A stretch of DNA of 64,000 bases. Origin: an uncultured Bifidobacteriaceae bacterium. Its GTDB lineage: Bacteria > Actinomycetota > Actinomycetes > S36-B12. The notes beneath the pieces were generated by a model. The model was given only the letters and a program-made list of their open reading frames with translations, had not been told where the DNA came from and ran no database searches. The stretch spans positions 46,978-110,977 of the forward strand of contig CAZQXO010000001.1 of assembly GCA_964597445.1 (NCBI GenBank). The letters run 5' to 3'. The position numbers and the translations under genes were made by a program. This document shows positions 56,636-64,000 of this stretch, piece after piece; the stretch's first letter is position 1, and every line of letters starts with the position of its first letter.

Positions 56636-56961
56636 GCACGAACGCCGACCTCGAAGCACTCGCGTCGCAGGCCGAGAGGGAATTGGAGGATGCGCTGCGT
56701 GGGTCATCGCTGTGCTCCGCGTCTCGGCGGCCCGGACAGGGCACGGCGGATGTCAAGGGCAAGGAGGGTCGCTGGTTCGCCCTGAGGGATGTCCAACGCA
56801 ATCTCGCCCAGGGCCGCCCAGCAGACGAGGCCGTCCGCGAAGCGGAGGAGGCGCTCAGGCGGCGGACCCCATCAGGTCCTGCCTGGAGCTCCTACCGCGA
56901 GGGGGGCGAGTCGGCCCTGCGAGAAGCGCGATCCTGCCTTGGCCTCGACCCCATGACCTGA
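56632..56961 (+). CDS. Hypothetical protein translationally coupled to pgi
   Basis: 109 aa, with ATGA overlap to the pgi stop. It looks helical and charged, and no family is recognised. It does not resemble AroQ chorismate mutase, which I recall occupying this position in mycobacteria. Confidence 0.4.
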   Translation: MSTNADLEALASQAERELEDALRGSSLCSASRRPGQGTADVKGKEGRWFALRDVQRNLAQGRPADEAVREAEEALRRRTPSGPAWSSYREGGESALREARSCLGLDPMT

Positions 56962-57004
56962 TGTCACGGGCAAGCGCTCAGCCGGCAGGTGCGAGAAGCC
57001 CCCG

Positions 57005-57853
57005 TCAGCCCTGAGAGCCACGACGTCGCAGGTAGCGCTCGAACTCCCGCGCGATGGCCTCCCCACTCGCCTCCGGAAGATCGGCGGCATCGCGGGCCTC
57101 CTCGAGCTGCTGGACGTACTCGGCTACCTCGTCATCCTCGGCCGCGAGCTCGTCGACGCCGATCTCCCAGGCTCGTGCCTCGTCCACCAGGTCACCGAGA
57201 GGGACGGGAACATCGAGGATGTCCTCGATGCGTCGCACGAGTGCCAGTGTCGCCTTCGGACATGGAGGCTGGGCCACATAGTGCGGGACGGCGGCCCACA
57301 GTGACACCGCGGAGATCCCGAACCGGGTGCAGGCGTCCTGCAGGACACCCACGATCCCGGTGGGACCCTCGTAGGTCGACGCCTCCAGCCCGAGCTCGGC
57401 CTGCATGGCCGCGTCCGACGTCGTGCCCGTCACCGGTACGGGCCGCGTGTGGGGGATGTCCGACAGAAGGGCACCCAGGGTGATGACGGTGGATACGTCC
57501 AACTCGGCCGCGAGCCCGAGGATCTCCCGGGTGAACTGCTGCCATTTCATGTTCGGCTCGATGCCCTGGACGAGGACGACATCCCGCGGGAACAAGGGAA
57601 CCCGCGCGATGTAGATCCTCGTGGCTGGCCATGTCAGGCTCCGGACTCCCGTCTCGTCGACCGAGATCATCGGTCGGTTGACCTGGTAGTCGTAGTACTC
57701 CTCGGAGTCGAGGTCCGCGAGCGGTTGGGCGTCCCAGACGGTGCGAAGGTGGGCAATGGCACCCGACGCAGACTCACCCGCGTCATTCCAGCCCTCGAAG
57801 GCCGCAACCATCACAGGGTCGACCAGGACCGGGAACTCCTCAAGTTCGATCAC
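57005..57853 (-). CDS. PAC2 (proteasome assembly chaperone 2-like) family protein
   Basis: 282 aa. Motifs: PVMVAAFEGWNDAGESASGA, EEYYDYQVNRP, GPTGIVGVL. Confidence 0.78.
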   Translation of the reverse strand: MIELEEFPVLVDPVMVAAFEGWNDAGESASGAIAHLRTVWDAQPLADLDSEEYYDYQVNRPMISVDETGVRSLTWPATRIYIARVPLFPRDVVLVQGIEPNMKWQQFTREILGLAAELDVSTVITLGALLSDIPHTRPVPVTGTTSDAAMQAELGLEASTYEGPTGIVGVLQDACTRFGISAVSLWAAVPHYVAQPPCPKATLALVRRIEDILDVPVPLGDLVDEARAWEIGVDELAAEDDEVAEYVQQLEEARDAADLPEASGEAIAREFERYLRRRGSQG

Positions 57854-57954
57854 GGTTCCCCTTCCGCCCTACACCTGCCCGTGACCCCAGCGTAGGCCCA
57901 TCCCGGCATGGCGTCGGGCTGCACGGCGTCGTCCGATCGGTAGGCTCACGGATC

Positions 57955-60900
57955 ATGGCTGCAACGCTCAATCCGCATTCGCCTCACCCCACGTCCGGAC
58001 CGGGCTCACTCCGTCACGCCGTGCGCTCGCGGGTCGTGGTCGCCGACGGGGCGATGGGGACGATGCTCCAGGCGGCCGACCCGTCACTCGAGGACTTTCA
58101 GGGCTTCGAGGGATGCAACGAGATTCTCAATGTGACGCGACCGGAGTTGGTGGCCAGCGTCCACGACGCGTACTTCGCCGCGGGTGTGGATTGTGTCGAG
58201 ACGAACACGTTCGGGGCGAATCTCGCCAATCTCGGTGAGTACGACATCCCCGAGCGCATCTTCGAGCTGGCCGAGGCCGGTGCAGCCGTCGCCCGACGGT
58301 CCGCTGATGCGTGGTCGACACCCGATCATCCACGCTGGGTCCTCGGCTCTGTCGGACCCGGGACGAAGCTCCCCAGCCTGGGCCACGCCCCCTATGCGGT
58401 CCTCCGGGATGCGTACCGGGAGCAGGTGTCGGGACTCATCTCCGGGGGTGCTGATGCCATCCTCATCGAGACATCTCAGGACCTCCTGCAGGCCAAGGCC
58501 GCGATCGTCGGTGCCCGTCGCGCCCTCGACGCAGCGGGCATCGATCTCCCGATCTTCGCCCAGGTGACCGTGGAGACCACCGGCACCATGCTCCTCGGGA
58601 GCGAGATCGGCGCGGCCCTCACGGCACTGGAACCACTCGGCATCGAGATGATCGGACTTAACTGCGCGACCGGCCCAGCCGAGATGAGTGAGCACCTGCG
58701 CACCCTCGCTCGATCGGCGACGGTGGGGATCTCGTGTATGCCGAACGCCGGGCTCCCGGTCCTGACGTCTGACGGGGCGCACTATCCGCTCTCGCCGGCC
58801 GAACTTGCCGACGCACACGAGACCTTCACACGCGAGTACGGACTCGGACTGGTCGGGGGATGCTGCGGCACGACCCCGGCGCACCTCCAGGCGGTCGTCG
58901 AGCGCGTCCGCGCCCATGACGTCGCACCGCGTGAGGTCGTGCATGAGCCGTCCTCGGCCTCTCTCTACCAATCGGTTCCCTTCCGGCAGGACACGACGTA
59001 CCTGTCGATCGGAGAGCGCACGAACGCCAACGGTTCCAAGGCCTTCCGGGAGGCCATGCTCGAGGGGCGCTGGGAGGACTGCATCGAGATTGCCCGCGAG
59101 CAGATCCGCGATGGCGCTCATCTCCTGGATCTGTGTGTCGACTACGTCGGACGCGATGGTGTCGCCGACATGCGAGAGCTTGCCGGTCGCCTGGCCACGG
59201 CATCGACGCTGCCCATCGTCCTCGACAGCACCGAACCCGCCGTCCTGGAGGCGGGGCTCGAGATGCTGGGGGGCCGCGCGATCGTCAACTCCGTCAACTA
59301 CGAGGACGGCGATGGACCCGATTCGCGCATTCGCCGCATCATGCCTCTGGTCATGGAGCACGGAGCTGCCGTCGTGGCGCTCACGATCGACGAGGAGGGC
59401 CAGGCGAGGACGGCCGACTGGAAGGTCCGCGTCGCTGATCGTCTCGTTCAGGATCTCACGGCGAACTGGGGCATGGACGTGGCAGACATCCTCGTCGACA
59501 CCCTGACGTTCCCGATCGCGACCGGCCAGGAGGAGACTCGTCGCGACGCGATCGAGACGCTGGAGGCGATTCGCCGCCTCAAGGAGATCCATCCCCGAGT
59601 CCAGACGACGCTGGGACTCTCGAATGTCTCCTTCGGGCTCAACCCCGCGGCCCGTCAAGTGCTCAACAGCGTGTTCCTGCATGAGGCCATGGCTGCCGGA
59701 CTCGATTCGGCGATCGTCCATGCATCGAAGATCCTCCCCATGGCGAAGATCCCCGAGGAGCAGCGTCAGGTGGCCCTCGACCTCGTCTACGACCGCCGGG
59801 AGTTCGACGCCCAAGGCAACGTCACCTACGACCCCCTGCAGCGCTTCCTCCAGCTGTTCGAGGGGGTCGAGGCGCGGAGCCTCTCGGCATCCAAGGCGGA
59901 GGAGCTTGCCGCGCTTCCCCTCTTCGAGCGCCTCGAGCGGCGCATCATCGATGGTGAGCGCAACGGCCTCGAGTCCGACCTGACCGAGGCGCTCTCGCAG
60001 AAGCCGGCTCTCGACATCGTCAACGACACGCTCCTCGCAGGGATGAAGGTCGTGGGGGAGCTCTTCGCCTCGGGCGAGATGCAGCTGCCGTTCGTCCTGC
60101 AGAGCGCCGAGGTCATGAAGACGGCGGTGGCGTATCTCGAGCCGCACATGGAGCGAACGGACGAGGCCGGCAAGGGGACCATGGTCCTCGCCACCGTCAA
60201 GGGTGATGTCCATGACATCGGGAAGAACCTCGTCGACATCATCCTGTCGAACAACGGCTACAACGTGGTGAACATCGGCATCAAGCAGCCGGTCAACTCC
60301 ATCATCGAGGCGGCTGAGCAGCACGAAGCAGACGTGATCGGTATGAGCGGCCTGCTCGTCAAGAGCACCGTCATCATGAAGGAGAACCTGGAGGAGATGA
60401 ACTCCCGCGGCATTGCCGAGAGGTTCCCCGTCATCCTCGGTGGTGCGGCGCTCACACGCTCCTTCGTCGAGGAGGATCTCGCCTCGATGTACAAGGGCGA
60501 CGTGCGCTACGCCCGCGACGCCTTCGAGGGACTGCGTCTCATGGACTCCATGATGGCCGTGAAGCGCGGTGATCCCGGGGCAGCACTGCCGGAGCTCCGC
60601 ACCCGCCGGGTGCGCGCGACCCCTCGTGCAGAGCGAGACGACGCCGGCGATGTTCCTGCCCGCTCGGACGTGGCGGTCGATGTCGACGTCCCACAGCCCC
60701 CGTTCTGGGGCGACCGCGTGGTCAAGGGCATCGCGTTGGCGGAGTACCTGCCCTACCTGGACGAGCGGGCCCTCTTCCTCGGCCAGTGGGGCCTCAAGCC
60801 GGGACGGGGCGACGACGGTGCCTCCTACGACGAACTCGTCGAGACGGAGGGTCGCCCTCGACTTCGGTCCTGGATCGACCGCATCCAGACCGAGGGCATC

Positions 60901-61497
60901 ATCACGCCCGCCGTTGCCTACGGGTACTTCCCCTGCTACTCGGAGGGAGACGACCTTGTCGTCCTGTGGCACGAGGGAGACCGCGAGGGCTCGGAGCGGG
61001 CCCGGTTCACCTTCCCTCGGCAGCGTCGGGATCGGCACCTCTGCCTGGCCGACTTCTACCGGCCGCGCGACTCCGGCGAGATCGACGTCGTGCCCTTCAC
61101 GATCGTCACCATGGGGCAGTCCGCCTCGGACGCCACTGCCCGCCTGTTCGAGGCCGACGCCTACCGCGACTACCTCGAACTCCATGGCCTGTCTGTTCAG
61201 CTCACGGAGGCCCTCGCGGAATTCTGGCATGCCCGGGTTCGCGAGGAACTGGGCCTTGCGGATCGGGACAGTCCCGACATGGAGCACCTGATCGCCAAGC
61301 AGGGGTATCAGGGGTCTCGCTACTCCTTCGGCTACCCCGCCTGCCCCGACCTTGAGCAGCAGGTGGCACTCATGGATCTTCTGCAGCCCGGACGCATCGG
61401 GGTGGAGCTGTCCGAGGAGTTCCAACTCCATCCCGAGCAGTCGACCAGTGCGATCATCGCCCACCACCCCGAGGCTCGTTACTTCAACGCCACATGA
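57955..61497 (+). CDS. metH: Cobalamin-dependent methionine synthase
   Basis: 1180 aa. Hcy-binding region: GLNCATGP, VGGCCGTTP. Pterin-binding domain present. B12-binding motif GDVHDIGKN. C-terminal AdoMet activation domain: RYSFGYPACPD. Confidence 0.95.
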   Translation: MAATLNPHSPHPTSGPGSLRHAVRSRVVVADGAMGTMLQAADPSLEDFQGFEGCNEILNVTRPELVASVHDAYFAAGVDCVETNTFGANLANLGEYDIPERIFELAEAGAAVARRSADAWSTPDHPRWVLGSVGPGTKLPSLGHAPYAVLRDAYREQVSGLISGGADAILIETSQDLLQAKAAIVGARRALDAAGIDLPIFAQVTVETTGTMLLGSEIGAALTALEPLGIEMIGLNCATGPAEMSEHLRTLARSATVGISCMPNAGLPVLTSDGAHYPLSPAELADAHETFTREYGLGLVGGCCGTTPAHLQAVVERVRAHDVAPREVVHEPSSASLYQSVPFRQDTTYLSIGERTNANGSKAFREAMLEGRWEDCIEIAREQIRDGAHLLDLCVDYVGRDGVADMRELAGRLATASTLPIVLDSTEPAVLEAGLEMLGGRAIVNSVNYEDGDGPDSRIRRIMPLVMEHGAAVVALTIDEEGQARTADWKVRVADRLVQDLTANWGMDVADILVDTLTFPIATGQEETRRDAIETLEAIRRLKEIHPRVQTTLGLSNVSFGLNPAARQVLNSVFLHEAMAAGLDSAIVHASKILPMAKIPEEQRQVALDLVYDRREFDAQGNVTYDPLQRFLQLFEGVEARSLSASKAEELAALPLFERLERRIIDGERNGLESDLTEALSQKPALDIVNDTLLAGMKVVGELFASGEMQLPFVLQSAEVMKTAVAYLEPHMERTDEAGKGTMVLATVKGDVHDIGKNLVDIILSNNGYNVVNIGIKQPVNSIIEAAEQHEADVIGMSGLLVKSTVIMKENLEEMNSRGIAERFPVILGGAALTRSFVEEDLASMYKGDVRYARDAFEGLRLMDSMMAVKRGDPGAALPELRTRRVRATPRAERDDAGDVPARSDVAVDVDVPQPPFWGDRVVKGIALAEYLPYLDERALFLGQWGLKPGRGDDGASYDELVETEGRPRLRSWIDRIQTEGIITPAVAYGYFPCYSEGDDLVVLWHEGDREGSERARFTFPRQRRDRHLCLADFYRPRDSGEIDVVPFTIVTMGQSASDATARLFEADAYRDYLELHGLSVQLTEALAEFWHARVREELGLADRDSPDMEHLIAKQGYQGSRYSFGYPACPDLEQQVALMDLLQPGRIGVELSEEFQLHPEQSTSAIIAHHPEARYFNAT

Positions 61498-62198
61498 TCG
61501 ACAAGCGCGGGCCGGAGGGTCACCTGCCGGCTGCGGTCCTCTTCGACATGGACGGAACCCTCGTCGACACCGAGGGGCACTGGGTGGACGCGGAGCGAGA
61601 GATCATGCGCTCGCTCGGTGGGGAGTGGACGACGGAGGACCAGGTCCATTGTCTGGGGGGACCACTGGAGCGGGTGACCGCGCACATGAGGGCTCGATCC
61701 GGAGCCGCTCTGACGACCGAGGCCATCGGCGGGATGCTTCTCGATGCCATGGCAGAACGGCTCCACGAGCATGATCTGGTCTGGCGCCCGGGCGCCCGTG
61801 ACCTTCTGGCGCAGTGCCACGATCTGGGGATTCCCACCGCGCTCGTCTCCGCCTCGTGGTCGAGGCTGATCAGCGCCGTCCGCACGCGCATGAGCGCCGA
61901 TCTCGGACGGGATCCCTTCACTCTCGTCGTCTCGGGCGATGCCGTCACCCGCAGCAAGCCACACCCCGAGCCCTACCTGCTGGCGGCCTCCACCCTCGGC
62001 CATAGGCCGCACCAGTGCCTCGCCCTCGAGGACTCGCCCACGGGAGTCACCTCCGCGCGCGACGCCGGGTGCACCGTCGTGGGTGTGCCGCACCTGGCCG
62101 ACCTGTCCCATCTCGGGACCGCACTCATCGACTCACTGGAGGACTGGTCAGTGGCGACCCTCTGGGCCTTCGCGACCGCGCCCTCTGCGGGTAGGTAG
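61494..62198 (+). CDS. HAD-IA family hydrolase (phosphatase)
   Basis: ATGA overlap with metH. Motif I AVLFDMDGTLVDTE, motif II LVSASW, KPHPEPY, and LALEDSPTG. Confidence 0.8.
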   Translation: MIDKRGPEGHLPAAVLFDMDGTLVDTEGHWVDAEREIMRSLGGEWTTEDQVHCLGGPLERVTAHMRARSGAALTTEAIGGMLLDAMAERLHEHDLVWRPGARDLLAQCHDLGIPTALVSASWSRLISAVRTRMSADLGRDPFTLVVSGDAVTRSKPHPEPYLLAASTLGHRPHQCLALEDSPTGVTSARDAGCTVVGVPHLADLSHLGTALIDSLEDWSVATLWAFATAPSAGR

Positions 62199-62228
62199 CG
62201 TTCGCCGCAGCCGAGTGAGGAGCACACG

Positions 62229-63137
62229 TTGTCGATAGCCGCCAGCAGGCGCCGCGGACCTTTCGCGCCAGGAGATCTGGTGCAGTTGACCGACCCTCGA
62301 GGCAAGATGCACACGATCACCCTCGAGCCCGGCTCGGCCTATCACACGCATCGAGGATCCCTGCCGCACGATGAGATCCTCGGCCGACCCGAGGGCATCG
62401 TGGTCACGTCGAGCAACGGCACCGCTTTCCTCGCCTTGCGGCCCATCCTCGATGACTTCGTCCTGTCCATGCCGCGTGGGGCGCAGGTCATCTATCCGAA
62501 GGATGCGGCACGCATCATCGGCCTCGCCAACCTCGGCGCCGGTGCCTGGGTGGCCGAGGCTGGAGTCGGCTCGGGTGCGCTGACCTGCTCCCTGCTGCGG
62601 GCTGTCGGCGATGACGGATGCGTCATCAGCTACGAGAGGCGTCCGGAGTTCGCCGAGGTCGCCGAGCGCAATGTCGAGCGATGGTTCGGGCTGCGCCCGG
62701 AGAACTGGCAGCTTCGTCTGGGTGACATGGCCGTCGATCTCACCGAGCGGGACCTGGACGCCATCGTCCTCGACATGCTCGCCCCGTGGGAGTGCCTGGA
62801 GAGCGTCGCCGCTGCGCTGGCTCCCGGAGGAGTGCTGGTCGCCTATGTCGCGACCACGACGCAGCTGTCCCGCCTCGTCGAGAGCATGCGGGTCACGGGC
62901 CACTGGACGGAGCCGCGGGCCGAGGAGACGCTTCTGCGCACATGGCACCTCGAGGGCCTCGCGGTACGCCCGGACCACCGCATGAACGGCCACACTGCCT
63001 TCCTCGTCACAGCCAGGAGGCTTGCACCCGGCACCGTCCTGCCACCCCGTAGGCGCCGGCCGGCGCCCGGGGCCTACGGAGCCGACTACACCGGCCCGGG
63101 AGCCGAGGCGGAGGCCCCGACGCGTCAGGACGGGTAG
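62229..63137 (+). CDS. trmI: tRNA (adenine-N1)-methyltransferase
   Basis: TTG 62229 with an AGGAG RBS. Motifs: MPRGAQVIYPKDAARI, the SAM motif VAEAGVGSGALT, and MLAPWE. Confidence 0.85.
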   Translation: MSIAASRRRGPFAPGDLVQLTDPRGKMHTITLEPGSAYHTHRGSLPHDEILGRPEGIVVTSSNGTAFLALRPILDDFVLSMPRGAQVIYPKDAARIIGLANLGAGAWVAEAGVGSGALTCSLLRAVGDDGCVISYERRPEFAEVAERNVERWFGLRPENWQLRLGDMAVDLTERDLDAIVLDMLAPWECLESVAAALAPGGVLVAYVATTTQLSRLVESMRVTGHWTEPRAEETLLRTWHLEGLAVRPDHRMNGHTAFLVTARRLAPGTVLPPRRRRPAPGAYGADYTGPGAEAEAPTRQDG

Positions 63138-63189
63138 CTTCGGCGTTGCCGGGTTACAGTGAGGAGTCCATCGACGAGCGGGAGTTGCC

Positions 63190-64000
63190 ATGACCGAGGC
63201 ACCGGGTTGGCCCGCTCGCGTGCACGCCCTGGAGACGGCCCTCACCGAGGTCCGGGGCGAGCTGGCGGCTCAGAAGGACCACAACGCCCGCCTGATCAGG
63301 ACCCTCCGCGACGCGCGGGATCAGATCGTGACGCTGAAGGAGCAGGTCGACCGGCTGGGCGACCCGCCGCAGACCTTCGGCACGCTCATCTCCCTCGATG
63401 AGGACGGCCACGCGACCATCACCAGCTCGGGACGCAAGCTCCGTGTGGCCGTGAGCCCGGCGGTCGATCGCTCCGTCCTCTCCCCGGGCCGGGAACTCGT
63501 GCTCAATGAGTCCCTGACGGTGGTCGACGCCCTCGCCTTCGAGAACGTTGGGGAGCTCGTCGTCTTCAAGGAGCTGCTGGAAGGCGGCGACCGAGGACTT
63601 GTCGTGGGGCACACGGACGAGGAGCGCGTCGTCCGCATCGCCGAGCCGCTGCGGGCCCTGCGACTTCGGGCCGGTGACTCGCTCCTGTGCGATATGCGGA
63701 CGGGGGTCGCGTACGAGCGCATTCCCAAGTCCGAGGTCGAGGAACTGGTCCTCGAGGAGGTCCCGGACATTCGCTACGAGGACATCGGCGGACTCCGCGA
63801 CCAGATCGAGGCGATCCGCGACGCGGTGGAACTGCCGTTCCTGCACCCGGATCTCTATGCCGAGCACCAGCTCAAGCCGCCCAAGGGCATCCTCCTCTAC
63901 GGGCCGCCCGGGTGCGGCAAGACGCTGATCGCCAAGGCTGTGGCGAACTCCCTGGCCAAGAAGGTCGCCGAACGGACAGGCGTGTCGGAGTCGAAGTCGT
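63190..64000 (+). CDS. arc: Proteasome-associated AAA ATPase (ARC/Mpa), 5' part; 3' end outside window
   Basis: This ORF is not in the ORF track because there is no stop before the window end. ATG 63190 opens with an N-terminal coiled coil ([43 protein letters not shown]), followed by OB-type interdomains and the Walker A motif [18 protein letters not shown]. Confidence 0.88.
   Translation, partial: MTEAPGWPARVHALETALTEVRGELAAQKDHNARLIRTLRDARDQIVTLKEQVDRLGDPPQTFGTLISLDEDGHATITSSGRKLRVAVSPAVDRSVLSPGRELVLNESLTVVDALAFENVGELVVFKELLEGGDRGLVVGHTDEERVVRIAEPLRALRLRAGDSLLCDMRTGVAYERIPKSEVEELVLEEVPDIRYEDIGGLRDQIEAIRDAVELPFLHPDLYAEHQLKPPKGILLYGPPGCGKTLIAKAVANSLAKKVAERTGVSESKS

Noticed and set aside
57854-57954. 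Possible cobalamin riboswitch or leader upstream of metH
   Set aside because: The gap is only ~100 nt and I could not find a B12-box-like element or an extended conserved fold. As far as I know, B12 riboswitches usually control metE rather than metH.
58084-61467. 1127-aa ORF on the minus strand
   Set aside because: It is exactly antisense to metH, whose product carries every expected methionine-synthase motif. The antisense translation is Arg/Gly/Asp/Leu-rich with no motifs. This is the typical stop-free antisense frame caused by GC3 bias.
63154-63867. 237-aa ORF on the minus strand
   Set aside because: It is antisense to the arc/mpa coding sequence, which is open-ended and therefore missing from the ORF track.
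1-64000. Looked for CRISPR arrays, IS elements or transposases, integrases, prophage genes, toxin-antitoxin pairs and known defence-system signatures
   Set aside because: I saw no regularly spaced direct repeats, no transposase, integrase or recombinase motifs, and no nuclease/ATPase defence-type gene pairs in any plausible ORF. By eye, the accessory cluster at 1-9.1 kb shows no compositional break from the core.

Overview
This is a visibly high-GC actinobacterial chromosome segment, and the gene order suggests a Micrococcales-like organism. I call about 65 protein-coding genes and one tRNA-Leu(GAG). I recognised no rRNA, CRISPR array, transposase, integrase or phage genes. The many long ORFs antisense to real genes look like GC3-bias artefacts.

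Nt ~9.1-64 kb is conserved core genome. It carries parC, psuG plus a PfkB kinase, tdk, sepH, the dut neighbourhood of DUF genes, two trkA genes with an APC permease, acn, dxs, fadA-fadB, rnd, msrB, an acyl-ACP desaturase, uppP, corA, mshC with its conserved three-gene neighbour cassette, gnd, pgi, metH, trmI and the 5' part of the proteasome ATPase arc. As far as I recall, this order mirrors mycobacterial core regions.

Nt 1-9.1 kb is the unusual part. It holds two co-directional, tightly packed gene runs, cut at the left window edge. The first run has two tandem extradiol (catechol 2,3-type) dioxygenases, a histidine phosphatase, and a split PEP-synthase-like phosphotransferase. That phosphotransferase consists of an ATP-grasp subunit plus a swivel-His subunit with no PEP/pyruvate TIM barrel, the architecture of phenylphosphate synthase and rifampicin phosphotransferase. 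The second run has an alpha3-type Rieske oxygenase, an 83-aa protein with two CxxCG knuckles, a HAD phosphatase and an FprA-type NADPH reductase.

I know of no described pathway that combines ATP-dependent aryl phosphorylation machinery with O2-dependent ring hydroxylation and cleavage. This is the best candidate for a novel system in the window, but the function is inferred, not demonstrated.

Smaller observations:
- AT-rich operator-like palindromes or repeats lie upstream of acn and fadA.
- A stop-codon hairpin with an in-frame duplicated gene end lies upstream of mshC.
- SepH appears N-terminally short.

All family names come from motif recognition by eye. No searches were run.
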